Shown piece by piece: positions 1 through 9,074 of a DNA stretch of 41,036 nt. The position numbers were made by a program, and so were the translations under genes. The stretch lies in NCBI GenBank assembly GCA_002256025.1, contig NKIB01014749.1:1-41036 (forward strand). The letters run 5' to 3'. The stretch's first letter is position 1; each line of letters begins with the position of its first letter. This DNA is from Asterionella formosa (taxonomy: Eukaryota). The notes under the pieces were generated by a model. The model was not told the DNA's origin and searched no databases. It was given only the letters and a program-made list of their open reading frames with translations.

Positions 1-179
1 TGCGTTCAAAATTCATTGTGAAAACTTCACATGAAACAGTTAAAACTTCACATGAAACCGTTAAAAGTAATCTTTTTTACGTGAAGAGTGGCATTAATGC
101 ATGTGAAGTACCACATAATTAACACTCATACGTAGACGAAATTTCGAAAAGTGGCGTATTTCGCGGCTTAGATGCAGTG
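1..179. mobile_element. Probable right terminus of a DNA transposon (CAC...GTG-ended family), cut by the window edge
   Basis: Subterminal direct repeat AAAACTTCACATGAAAC x2 (~21-58). Ends in CGCGGCTTAGATGCAGTG (162-179), nearly identical to CGCGGCTTAGATGTGGTG at 25496-25513. CGTTCAAAAT and ATGTGAAG are also shared upstream of both. Confidence 0.55.
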
Positions 180-685
180 TGTTGAAATTCTAGGTTGTCC
201 TACAATATCCTGCCTATGCTAGTAGAATTCCGTTGCATCTGGCATCTAATAAATGGCGCTGGTCAAAAGTATTGGAATTCTTTGTGCAACAATATGGAGG
301 ATGCAGTGCTTTCATAGTGATAACCAGATCATCCTTGGATTATGCTTTGAGAATGATTTTGGAGAATCGCCATATGTCATCTAACCATTGAAGTACTTGG
401 ACGAAATTTATAACATCCATATTCTTAAAGTATTGCATCATTGGAATCCAGAATTTACCATGCCCTGCCTGTCCTTCAATCTAGCCAATAGTAATCATTG
501 GATTGATTTGTTAAACTGCATGGTTACATAATTACTCAAGTTACAATATAATTTGCATTAAAATGGATATAATATAACACAGCTGTTAGTATTACTTCAT
601 GTTTGCATTGAAATTTACTTATCTCTTGGTTTAGATATTGCAGAGGTGTTGATAGATTCGAAGTCAATCACTAAACTGGGTACTA

Positions 686-2683
686 CTAGCCCTTTTTGGA
701 AGTCAACTCCAAAATATGCTTCATGCACAAGAGTGATGACAGATTGTGTTGGGTATAGTCTATTCTCATTTTGGATTCTGAAATGGTCTCATGAAACCCC
801 CCAAGAATCCGATTTGGATCTTTCATGTATATTGCTTTCTCTGGTCGATACTGTGCTTGAAGCTGGTAACTGACACTCAGGGTTGTGCTTTCCAAGATAA
901 GTGCAGCTTCTTCTGTTTTGCCATTCGCAACTGCCAGCTCATACAGTGCACAAAGTCCTTCAGCCTTCGTTGCAGTTGCTGTCACTGACATGTCATCATA
1001 GTAAATGCCAATAAGATCCAGTTCTTCGTCGTCTTCGGCTTCAACACTTTGAAAATGCCTTGCCACCTTGACAGAGCGCATTGCATAATCCATGAAGGTA
1101 TTCTTGACGTTAGGCAACTCAGCAATTCCAAGCAAAAGCCAATGGTCGATCCTAAAATTGGCATCGTCGACTTTCGATTCTTGAGCCACAATATGGGCTG
1201 TAGTCGTTGTTGCTGTCACCAAGTATGCCTCATTATTGTCCAAAATTTTATGCAGCCGTGCCAGAGCAAATGCAACTTCACCAAGGGCATATCCCACAAA
1301 GTATTCCTCATCCAATTCAGTTCCATGTGCTCCATTGAGCCTTATCTTCTGACAAAATGACCCATTGTCACGCTGGCTTCCCATAATAAAGGTGGCAATG
1401 CCCTTCGCCATGTCAATAAAATGATCATTGTTTTCTTTAGTGGCATGTAGGTACTCCACAATGGCCAACACTGTTAGGGCATTAGCATCTAGTTTGGATA
1501 TTGCATGATTGTCATGCTCATAATCAATGAGGCATTTAGCATGTTCATCCTTCTTGTAGGGGATGGGACAATCTTGTATCTGTGCAGTTAGATAGTTCAT
1601 ACTGAGTTTCATGCTTTCAAGCAGAAAGTCATTTGGTGCCACCTTATAGAGACATGCCATGGAGTAAATTGTTCCTGCATGTCGAGCCAAACTATATCCA
1701 AAGGGTTCATAATCACTCCTAGGATTGTACTTGTACACCATCCTCCCAGTTTCCTTGACAGCTGATGACAAATATGCACCCGCTTCCTTCGCCGCGTCAA
1801 AAACTAATTCAGGTGTAATTCTAGGAAAGAGTTGATGGCCATGATACAGTGACACACTGTACATGGTATCTGCTGGATCTAAATCCATAAAGATACTTTC
1901 AGTATGAAAAACGTCCAATACTTCTACAATGGGTGTATCATCATTGTATTCTGGAAGTGCCCATGTGTTCAGCTTACGTTTTCCCCGAGCATATGTGGCA
2001 ATGTGTTCCAACCGGAGAATTTCATTTGCATCTACCATGGCGTTGGCTAGGACTTCATCTGGCAAAAAGACCCATTCCTTTTCCCAATCCAAAGCAATCC
2101 CGTAAAATGGGCCTGGAGTATCTTTTATAGCCTGAAAGTAGTTGAACTCTTCAAATCTTCTGACTCCTGTAACAATATCCAGTTTGATGTATGGGTAGTT
2201 GTTTGTTTTCCTAGGCAATTTGGCTTGCGCTGCCTTGAGTGCCACTTGTGGAGTCTTTGGAGACGATCCCATCTGAACATGCGTGTCTTGTCCATTACTG
2301 ATAGTGATAAACACCACGTACTCGTCGTTGACAGCAGCTGGTTTCTTGTCAAATAATTCTGAAACCTCCGTCTTGCTGATGTAGTCCTGCGTATTCCCCG
2401 CCATGGCCAGAGCCTTTTTATACAATGGATCATATGTGTCGTGATACTGAGTCAATTTCTCGTGCACACGGTCGTCTCCCATGATAATAATATACCATGC
2501 CATAATTCCTAGTCCCACGAGTATAATAAAAAGCGTACAGCAACAGCAGCTGGACATGCGACGCCGTCGAGGTCGTTTCTTGTGAGGGTCTGATATTGTC
2601 TGTTGCTTCTGTGTCGACGATGCTGGACTCGTCGTCGTGATCGGGAGTTCTCCTGCCGCTGGGCCGCCTCGTCGTCTCATCAT
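686..2683 (-). CDS. Type II membrane protein (~665 aa) with a predicted C-terminal alpha/alpha-toroid (six-hairpin glycosidase-like) domain; resembles a bacterial uncharacterised family often labelled 'poly(glycerol-phosphate) alpha-glucosyltransferase'
   Basis: Long intronless ORF; first ATG at 2683 (MMRRRGG). Basic N-tail, Cys run and one TM (TLFIILVGLGIMAWYIII). Motifs VFITISNG, YIKLDIV, GIALD...FLPDEV.AN, YSLARHAGTIYSM, DHWLL and RIDYTQHNLS recalled from that family. A paralog lies at 33083-35267. Confidence 0.7.
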   Translation of the reverse strand: MMRRRGGPAAGELPITTTSPASSTQKQQTISDPHKKRPRRRRMSSCCCCTLFIILVGLGIMAWYIIIMGDDRVHEKLTQYHDTYDPLYKKALAMAGNTQDYISKTEVSELFDKKPAAVNDEYVVFITISNGQDTHVQMGSSPKTPQVALKAAQAKLPRKTNNYPYIKLDIVTGVRRFEEFNYFQAIKDTPGPFYGIALDWEKEWVFLPDEVLANAMVDANEILRLEHIATYARGKRKLNTWALPEYNDDTPIVEVLDVFHTESIFMDLDPADTMYSVSLYHGHQLFPRITPELVFDAAKEAGAYLSSAVKETGRMVYKYNPRSDYEPFGYSLARHAGTIYSMACLYKVAPNDFLLESMKLSMNYLTAQIQDCPIPYKKDEHAKCLIDYEHDNHAISKLDANALTVLAIVEYLHATKENNDHFIDMAKGIATFIMGSQRDNGSFCQKIRLNGAHGTELDEEYFVGYALGEVAFALARLHKILDNNEAYLVTATTTTAHIVAQESKVDDANFRIDHWLLLGIAELPNVKNTFMDYAMRSVKVARHFQSVEAEDDEELDLIGIYYDDMSVTATATKAEGLCALYELAVANGKTEEAALILESTTLSVSYQLQAQYRPEKAIYMKDPNRILGGFHETISESKMRIDYTQHNLSSLLCMKHILELTSKKG

Positions 2684-3214
2684 CTTGGCTGGCAAAGTAT
2701 AATGTATTTGGAGGGACAAGGAAGGGAGATGTTTGCAATCGAAACAAAGCAATGGGCACAACGGAAAACGGATTGGAAGATTTTTTAAAAATAGAAGTAA
2801 AAGAGACAATCAACCAACCTTGAAAAATCAGATAATTTACTGGTAGTATCATCCAAGGAACAGCAGCCAATGAACCACGATGTCCACAACGCCACATGCG
2901 TAAAATTAGGACCATGATCAGCCATTGCACGACCGTGAGAGTACCGGTAGTACAGCACTTCCTAGCATTGATGGTTGTGAGGAGTGAAATCATAGGACGG
3001 AACTCCTCCTTGCTTCTCCACAAATCCTCGGCATTATGCATGGTAAATACCCTTCAGTACCGTTATTCTCGAGGAGAGTTTGACACAGTACCGGTATCAA
3101 GATTCCCTGATCCCGCCCTCCGTCGTTGTTGCTTGAAAGCGGGCAGAAAATGATGATGCATCTCCATACTATATATATCTACCACCCTGACAAACTAGTA
3201 AGTAAGTAATTCGT

Positions 3215-4232
3215 CATGGTCAAACCTCAGCATAAAACGCGAAAAAGTGTCACAGCAGAAAGGAACATGACCTTTTCGATATGCTCCTTATGTTTCGTCC
3301 GCCTTGTGGGAGCCTCTTCTCCATGAGCCAGATATATTACCAACTTTCCTTCTGAAACAAAGAACCACTTTTCATCTATATGGACCTGGTCATAGAAGCC
3401 ATCATATAATAACCAAACAGTCCCAGATCAAAATCAATGTCAGGGGAACAAGGATGTTCTTGATCTGGATGGTTCAATTGTAAATGATTAACACAAAACA
3501 TAAAACGACTTATCTTACCCTCCTCCGAAAGCATCGGCTTCACCACACTTGTGTGCGGTTGTATTACATTCTATCTGTTATCCTTTGCAATCCAAAAAAC
3601 TGTTGACTTGGGAAGGGCAAGAGCAGCTGCTAATTTCCATTACGTAGTACGCTTGCAATATGGAATATCTCTAATCGTTGTAATTATTTCTTCACGTGGG
3701 TATTTGTGAGTAATCCCCAGTCAATAATTTGCAGGAGAGCGATGCAAACACGAAAGTATCATCATTATAATAGGATTCGAGCGCGCGGTTCCAAATACAT
3801 TGTATAGTTGTTTTATCAACTTTGAACTGGCCCGCCAAAAATTTAACAGTTCCATGCACTAAAATTAGCCGACCATCTATTTCATCCCCTCCATCAGGTC
3901 CTTTTTGGAGGTTCTGTAAACCATAATCCAATACAAGTTGACGCTCTTCTGGTGTTAGATCCTTTCTCATATGCTTGTTAAGAAGAGGTGGCGACAAGAA
4001 AAAAGGGGGATCAGGCATCTACATTTCGCTCGAGATGAGCAAAAGTGGAAGTCGAAAAAGCCGAAAAACGTTTTTTTTCAAATGTAGTTGCCAATTTTAA
4101 TCTTTCTATATATATTATATATACATGGATCTGTAACTTAGAGCAAGCTGCACCATAGGGCTATTGAGCCGGAGAAAAAATGGCCCCGGATAAATTTGAA
4201 TTATCGATGCAACTGTTACTAGACAGAGGGAG
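3215..4232 (-). mobile_element. Degenerate, 3'-truncated plant-type (DD39D/Stowaway-partner) Tc1/mariner element
   Basis: TIR CTCCCTCTGT (reverse complement of 4223-4232) followed by TA at 4233-4234. Minus-strand transposase fragments: MRKDLTPEERQ...HGTVKFLAGQFKVDKTTIQCIWNRA (HTH), IPYCKRTT*WKLAAALALPKSTV...KPMLSEEGK, and VHIDEKWFF...KVMFLSAV (~3260-3390). Stops and frameshifts present; the remaining catalytic Ds and the second TIR are missing. Confidence 0.88.
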
Positions 4233-4234
4233 TA

Positions 4235-4989
4235 CCACTTAAAAAACTGAGAGTCAACGTTTCAGTACGTACTCCTTCTTTCGACTAAAATTATCGAAGT
4301 TTCTGAAATGATAAAATTCGAACCAAGTACAAACTTTCTAGTACCCTGTATATATTCTTTGCACAAAATATGTACCACGTGCGTCAAGAACACAGGTGAC
4401 TGACTCAATTGGCTGTACCTGGTACCAGGTACCGGTACAACAATGAGCCGAATCGTTAAATGCCAGCCTATCAGATCCCTTCAAAACGAGGTGGAAGAGA
4501 ATTGACGAAAACGAATTACTGTCAATGAATTGAAAATTCAAACAGACTCATAGAATGTCTTGAACAAAAAAATGCAAATGATACAAGTGAAAGAAGGATT
4601 GATATATTCAATTGCTAATTATCACACCAGAGTTGCTTGACTGAATAGTCAGTGAGTCCATCTATGGTAGCAGGAAGTAATTGGTACTTCAGTACTGGTG
4701 ATTCAAGGAAGAACCTTCATAGAGGATACAAACCCATGGGAACAAGTATGAAGCTTTAATATTTTCTTTGCTGAGTCCAGTAGTCTACAAACTGGACTAA
4801 TATCAAAATACACTATGGTGTTCTGGAGTTCCAGTATAATCATTTTTGGTTAGTACATAAATCGCTACAACATTGCTTGAATAATTTTGTTCATATCTAG
4901 CATATTTAGCCCAAAATGTGAATTTACTCGATTTAACGTTGACTCTCAGTTCAAAATCATCCAAACGTTGACCCTCAGTTTTTAGGTGG
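4235..4989. mobile_element. Non-autonomous TIR element (MITE, ~755 bp) with TA target-site duplication
   Basis: Left TIR CCACTTAAAAAACTGAGAGTCAACGTTT (4235-4262); right TIR AAACGTTGACCCTCAGTTTTTAGGTGG (4963-4989), 2 mismatches plus 1 indel. Extra subterminal copy AACGTTGACTCTCAGTT at ~4935-4951. TA on both flanks (4233-4234, 4990-4991). No coding capacity. Confidence 0.85.
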
Positions 4990-5203
4990 TACCTTCAATG
5001 CATGGGTAGACAATAGAAGACGAAGATCAGCAGCCAACGAACGAGAACAACTCGTGTTGAAACAGCCACAGTGCAAATCTTGACAATGAATGTCTCTGCT
5101 GACCATATCATGGAAGTCCAATGATTATGATTTCAATATTTAACAAGAATAACCCACATGTACCCTTGTCTAACTATTGTAAGGTCATCACTAGAGTTTC
5201 AAA

Positions 5204-6805
5204 CTACACAAGTTTGGGCGAACTTAGAAATGCATACCCAGCAGCCACTCCACCTTCGTCAGTTGTGACACTCTTGGCTCGCAAAATGTGTCCAACAGCC
5301 TTGTCTAGTATGGTTCGTCCACCATATTCTCGTAGTGTCACTCCAAAGACACCCAATTCACAAACACAATCGCCCTTGTACACCACTTCTCCCCCTCGAA
5401 CAAGTGATCCTTCTGTTGATGGAGGACAAATCTTTTCCATCAAAATGAATGCTCCTCGCTCGGCATGTGACATTTGCTTGAGGGCTTGCACTAGATCATC
5501 ATCGTAGAGATTATTTCCACCGCCTTCTCGTTGTGGCTTCAAGACGTATCCATGTGGATTTGCCAGTGCCATTTCAACCACTTGGGAATCATCTCCATCC
5601 CCCAATGCATACAGTCCTGCAAAACACGAGGAAAGAAGCTCTTCGTCTTCATTTGAGTCACAAAATTGACGAAGCACACCTTGTTGGGCTAGTGCCTGTT
5701 GTATCTTTTTGGCACCAACAATATGGTAAAACACATCTGGACATTTGATGGCGGCACTATGCTCGACAATGGCTCGACCAGCCCATTCCACATCAGATGG
5801 ATAATCATTGGGAGTGTACCCAGCTCTGTAATACACAACTCCAGCAACTACATCCGTGCCGTCGTCTCCTGTCAGATATAATTCTAGTCCATCCCACAAA
5901 CCTTGATGGGTGGCTGCAACTGCCAAGTCTTCAAGAGTTCGCCGTATCAATCGGACCCCATGTTCTTCTTTTAAAAGAAATTCCAAATCACGTTGATCAC
6001 AAGAATTGGTTTCCCCTGGTTGCACTACCATGACAACTAATGCATCAGTAGTAGTGGTATTAGTGTTGTCAGTGGCGGCGGATGTCAGTTGCAATGTACG
6101 TTGCCGATTGTATTCCTGCAAGGCTGTAGCAAGCCCATTAGCAATCCCTTGAGCCGCTCCATTGTCTGGTAAGTCATTTCTATCGTTTAAATGTTGAAGA
6201 TTTTGATGCATCTTTGTCACTTTGCTGGAGAGACAGCCAAAGGAGGATGCAATGGTGTTCAACTCAACTTGGAGTGGAATAGCAGTTTCAATGGAATCTG
6301 ATCCATGAAGCATATAGTCAGATCTTGAAAAACACAAATCCATCCATTGGTTAGAGCATGCTCTAGTTATGACTAGACACGAACATAAAATTTCAAGTTC
6401 TCCTCCAAACCAAACGTACCTCAATATCCCAAGAACTACCTTTTGTGCTCGTGGCTGTTGATTCCTAGCTTCTCTTGCCAAAACTTCTTGAGCCAGTTGC
6501 ACCAATCTGCCGGTAAAGTCTGAATCACCCTGAGCTGCAACTTGAATGGCAGAGAGTAGCCATTCTGTATCCGAAGCCACATTGTGCACCATGGAATTGA
6601 ATGGTTTGGCCATTTGGTACGCCAAGGCAAATGCTGATTTCGAAAACAGAGTCGGAAACAGAGAAAACGGCGCTGGTTCAAAGATGTACTTGCCCATCAG
6701 TGGTTCCTTGGTCAGACGATCACGAGCTCCCATTAAGATGCCATGGGAGGAACACCATGATGATGCTGTTTCGATGAGAGTGATGGTTTCAGCGGTCGTC
6801 GCCAT
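5204..6805 (-). CDS. GSS: Eukaryotic glutathione synthetase (exons 6805-6420 and 6323-5204; 96-nt intron 6324-6419)
   Basis: Motifs APFSLFPT, R-SDYM, QVELNTIASSF, YYRAGYTPNDY, KKIQQ.L, VLKPQREGGGNN, ELGVFG and EGGVAAG. Removing the GTACGT...CTAAC...TCAAG intron restores the conserved GILRSDYM. Confidence 0.95.
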   Translation of the reverse strand: MATTAETITLIETASSWCSSHGILMGARDRLTKEPLMGKYIFEPAPFSLFPTLFSKSAFALAYQMAKPFNSMVHNVASDTEWLLSAIQVAAQGDSDFTGRLVQLAQEVLAREARNQQPRAQKVVLGILRYVWFGGELEILCSCLVITRACSNQWMDLCFSRSDYMLHGSDSIETAIPLQVELNTIASSFGCLSSKVTKMHQNLQHLNDRNDLPDNGAAQGIANGLATALQEYNRQRTLQLTSAATDNTNTTTTDALVVMVVQPGETNSCDQRDLEFLLKEEHGVRLIRRTLEDLAVAATHQGLWDGLELYLTGDDGTDVVAGVVYYRAGYTPNDYPSDVEWAGRAIVEHSAAIKCPDVFYHIVGAKKIQQALAQQGVLRQFCDSNEDEELLSSCFAGLYALGDGDDSQVVEMALANPHGYVLKPQREGGGNNLYDDDLVQALKQMSHAERGAFILMEKICPPSTEGSLVRGGEVVYKGDCVCELGVFGVTLREYGGRTILDKAVGHILRAKSVTTDEGGVAAGYAFLSSPKLV

Positions 6806-7166
6806 GGTGTCTTGATTCTATGATTTTAATTTAAAAAAAAAATATCATCATCATTGTCCGTCGGCAGGGGGATTTAGTCTGCCGCTATTACTACATAGGA
6901 ATGCTATACGATGATGGAACTCCGTCGAACTCCAACGAACATGCATGTGTACATACCGGTACCTGGTACGGTAGGCACCTCTTGAGTTAGACCTAGGGCT
7001 ACATAGGGTTATTGTTACCGGTAGGATTAGAGTTGTATATTGCCATGGTTAGCAGCGCACTTCGTGCATTCTACCATTGCGCGCCATAAATTAAATACAT
7101 TTATTCATATATGAATATGATTTATGTAGATATCAAAACATAACAGGAAGTATCATTTAATTGACG

Positions 7167-8912
7167 ATGAACGCCCTCCAAGAACAAATCGATCAACTGA
7201 AGCAAGAACTGGAAGCCAAGGATGATTGTCTCTTTGAAGTGAGTGCGACACTCGCCGCTGTGCAATCGGAAACGCAGCACCGCTTGCAGGAACTGGAATT
7301 TGACGCGTCCAAGAGAATACGACAAAGTGAAGAAGCGCTTCGACGGGCTCAGCAAGAAGCCAATCAAGCCCATCATTCAGTGCTACAATTGCAACAGCAA
7401 CTGCAACTGCAACGTACCCTGCATGTTCCGCCATTAACCAAAGCTACTGCTGATACTGCTGCTGTTGCTACTGCAACTGCTGCCACCACCTCTGCTCTCA
7501 GTCAACCAACAGTTTCCAATTCTCCATTGGCTGGTCATTTACTCTTGCTGATGCCCACTATTACTACTGATAGGGATAATGTGTTTCACTTTTTACTACA
7601 GTCGCAACAAAAACCCCAGCAAAATCATCAGCATTTAGGTCTCACGGACTTGGAGGTTGTGTCATTTATCTTGGAATCAGAAACTCGTCACAGACAATGT
7701 GTTTGGATCCATGAGGCGCTTCGTTGGAGTACAATGTCGAGAGCCATTCTTCGAGAATCATGTGCTTTGCGGGATGATGCCACACCAACAGTAGCCAACA
7801 AGTCAAAGGCGTTGTCCTTGTCCTCCTCACGAATTATCCTTACAGGATCATCATTATTGAATGTCAACACTTCCATACAACAGGTTGAAACAGCCATGAG
7901 AGAGCCACTACTAGTAGTACGGGCCCAAAACAAACATATCAACACTAGGAATAATGATTCAATACACTACTACTACAACAAGAAAATTTGTCATCAATGG
8001 ATGGGACTCATGGTGGAGAATTTGGAATTTGACGTTTTGTTGACACTCTTCCAAGATGTTCCCAGCGTTCATTCCGATCATGTTGTATTGCCATGGTGGG
8101 AACTTTTCAAACCCGTGATTGTACATCATATTGCGCAGTTTTGTTGTTTGGATACAAAAAACATAACCACTCCCAACTCATCTAATCATCATCGCCGCCG
8201 TCATCGTCGGTATCATCCTCATCCTGACAATGGTGATGGTGGGAATACCAAGGAAAAAACAACAACAACAACACCACCACGACTAGCTGGGAAGGATGAC
8301 GCAGCCATGTTGTCAAATTCATTGGCATTGTTACGATTATGGTGGCATGCATCTCCCATCTTTCAAACGGAGCTTATGGAACATCATTATGCTCGATCAC
8401 TAATGGCCATTTTATTAGACATGTTGGAACAACAACAAGATCAGTCTCCAACATCAAAACATTGTTGTGTTGCCTTGGAATTTATTCAAACTCTCATGAC
8501 GCATAAAGCTGGAGTGCTTTTGTTACGAACTCAAATGGGAGGCCATCCATCGGGAATTCAAGTTTTGACTCTTACTTTGGCAAACCTTCAAATACAAGAG
8601 GAACAAAATAATGACAAGGACGATGAAAATGAAAATGATAATGGCACGAGCAAAAGTCTTCAACAACAAGTGTGCATTGTTCGAATCTTTTGGATGATTA
8701 TGAGATCCCACCAAGTTTATGACGATCCGATCCCATTTACATCGCTATTGGAAGAAAAACGATACCATTGGCTGGCATGTATGAATAAAATACTCATCAT
8801 GGAGGAAATGAAGATTGAGGATATCAAGTTGGTACAATCCATGTTGGAAGAAATTCAAATGGATCAAGAGGAATTAGAAGACTATCGACAACAAGAAATG
8901 TGTCAACAATAG
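7167..8912 (+). CDS. Hypothetical protein with N-terminal coiled coil and helical C-terminal region
   Basis: ~580-codon ORF with ATG at 7167; heptad-rich first ~85 aa; divergent from GSS across ~360 bp. No recognised catalytic motif. Confidence 0.75.
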   Translation: MNALQEQIDQLKQELEAKDDCLFEVSATLAAVQSETQHRLQELEFDASKRIRQSEEALRRAQQEANQAHHSVLQLQQQLQLQRTLHVPPLTKATADTAAVATATAATTSALSQPTVSNSPLAGHLLLLMPTITTDRDNVFHFLLQSQQKPQQNHQHLGLTDLEVVSFILESETRHRQCVWIHEALRWSTMSRAILRESCALRDDATPTVANKSKALSLSSSRIILTGSSLLNVNTSIQQVETAMREPLLVVRAQNKHINTRNNDSIHYYYNKKICHQWMGLMVENLEFDVLLTLFQDVPSVHSDHVVLPWWELFKPVIVHHIAQFCCLDTKNITTPNSSNHHRRRHRRYHPHPDNGDGGNTKEKTTTTTPPRLAGKDDAAMLSNSLALLRLWWHASPIFQTELMEHHYARSLMAILLDMLEQQQDQSPTSKHCCVALEFIQTLMTHKAGVLLLRTQMGGHPSGIQVLTLTLANLQIQEEQNNDKDDENENDNGTSKSLQQQVCIVRIFWMIMRSHQVYDDPIPFTSLLEEKRYHWLACMNKILIMEEMKIEDIKLVQSMLEEIQMDQEELEDYRQQEMCQQ

Positions 8913-9074
8913 AACTAAGGTTATAGTTGTAGACAATATGGAATATCTTTTTTGATTTTGGGCATGCAGAAATGATCAACCCTGCGCGTTTACAGAGTGC
9001 CGAATAGTACTGCAGAGAGGCAGCCAATTGTTTCCACTTTTACTGTCGTGGCTTAATGTCGATGATTTCCACAT

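Noticed and set aside
2430..3041. 203-aa minus-strand ORF and other short overlapping or antisense ORFs in the track
   Set aside because: Alternative-frame shadows of real genes or low-complexity repeats, with no protein-like motifs.
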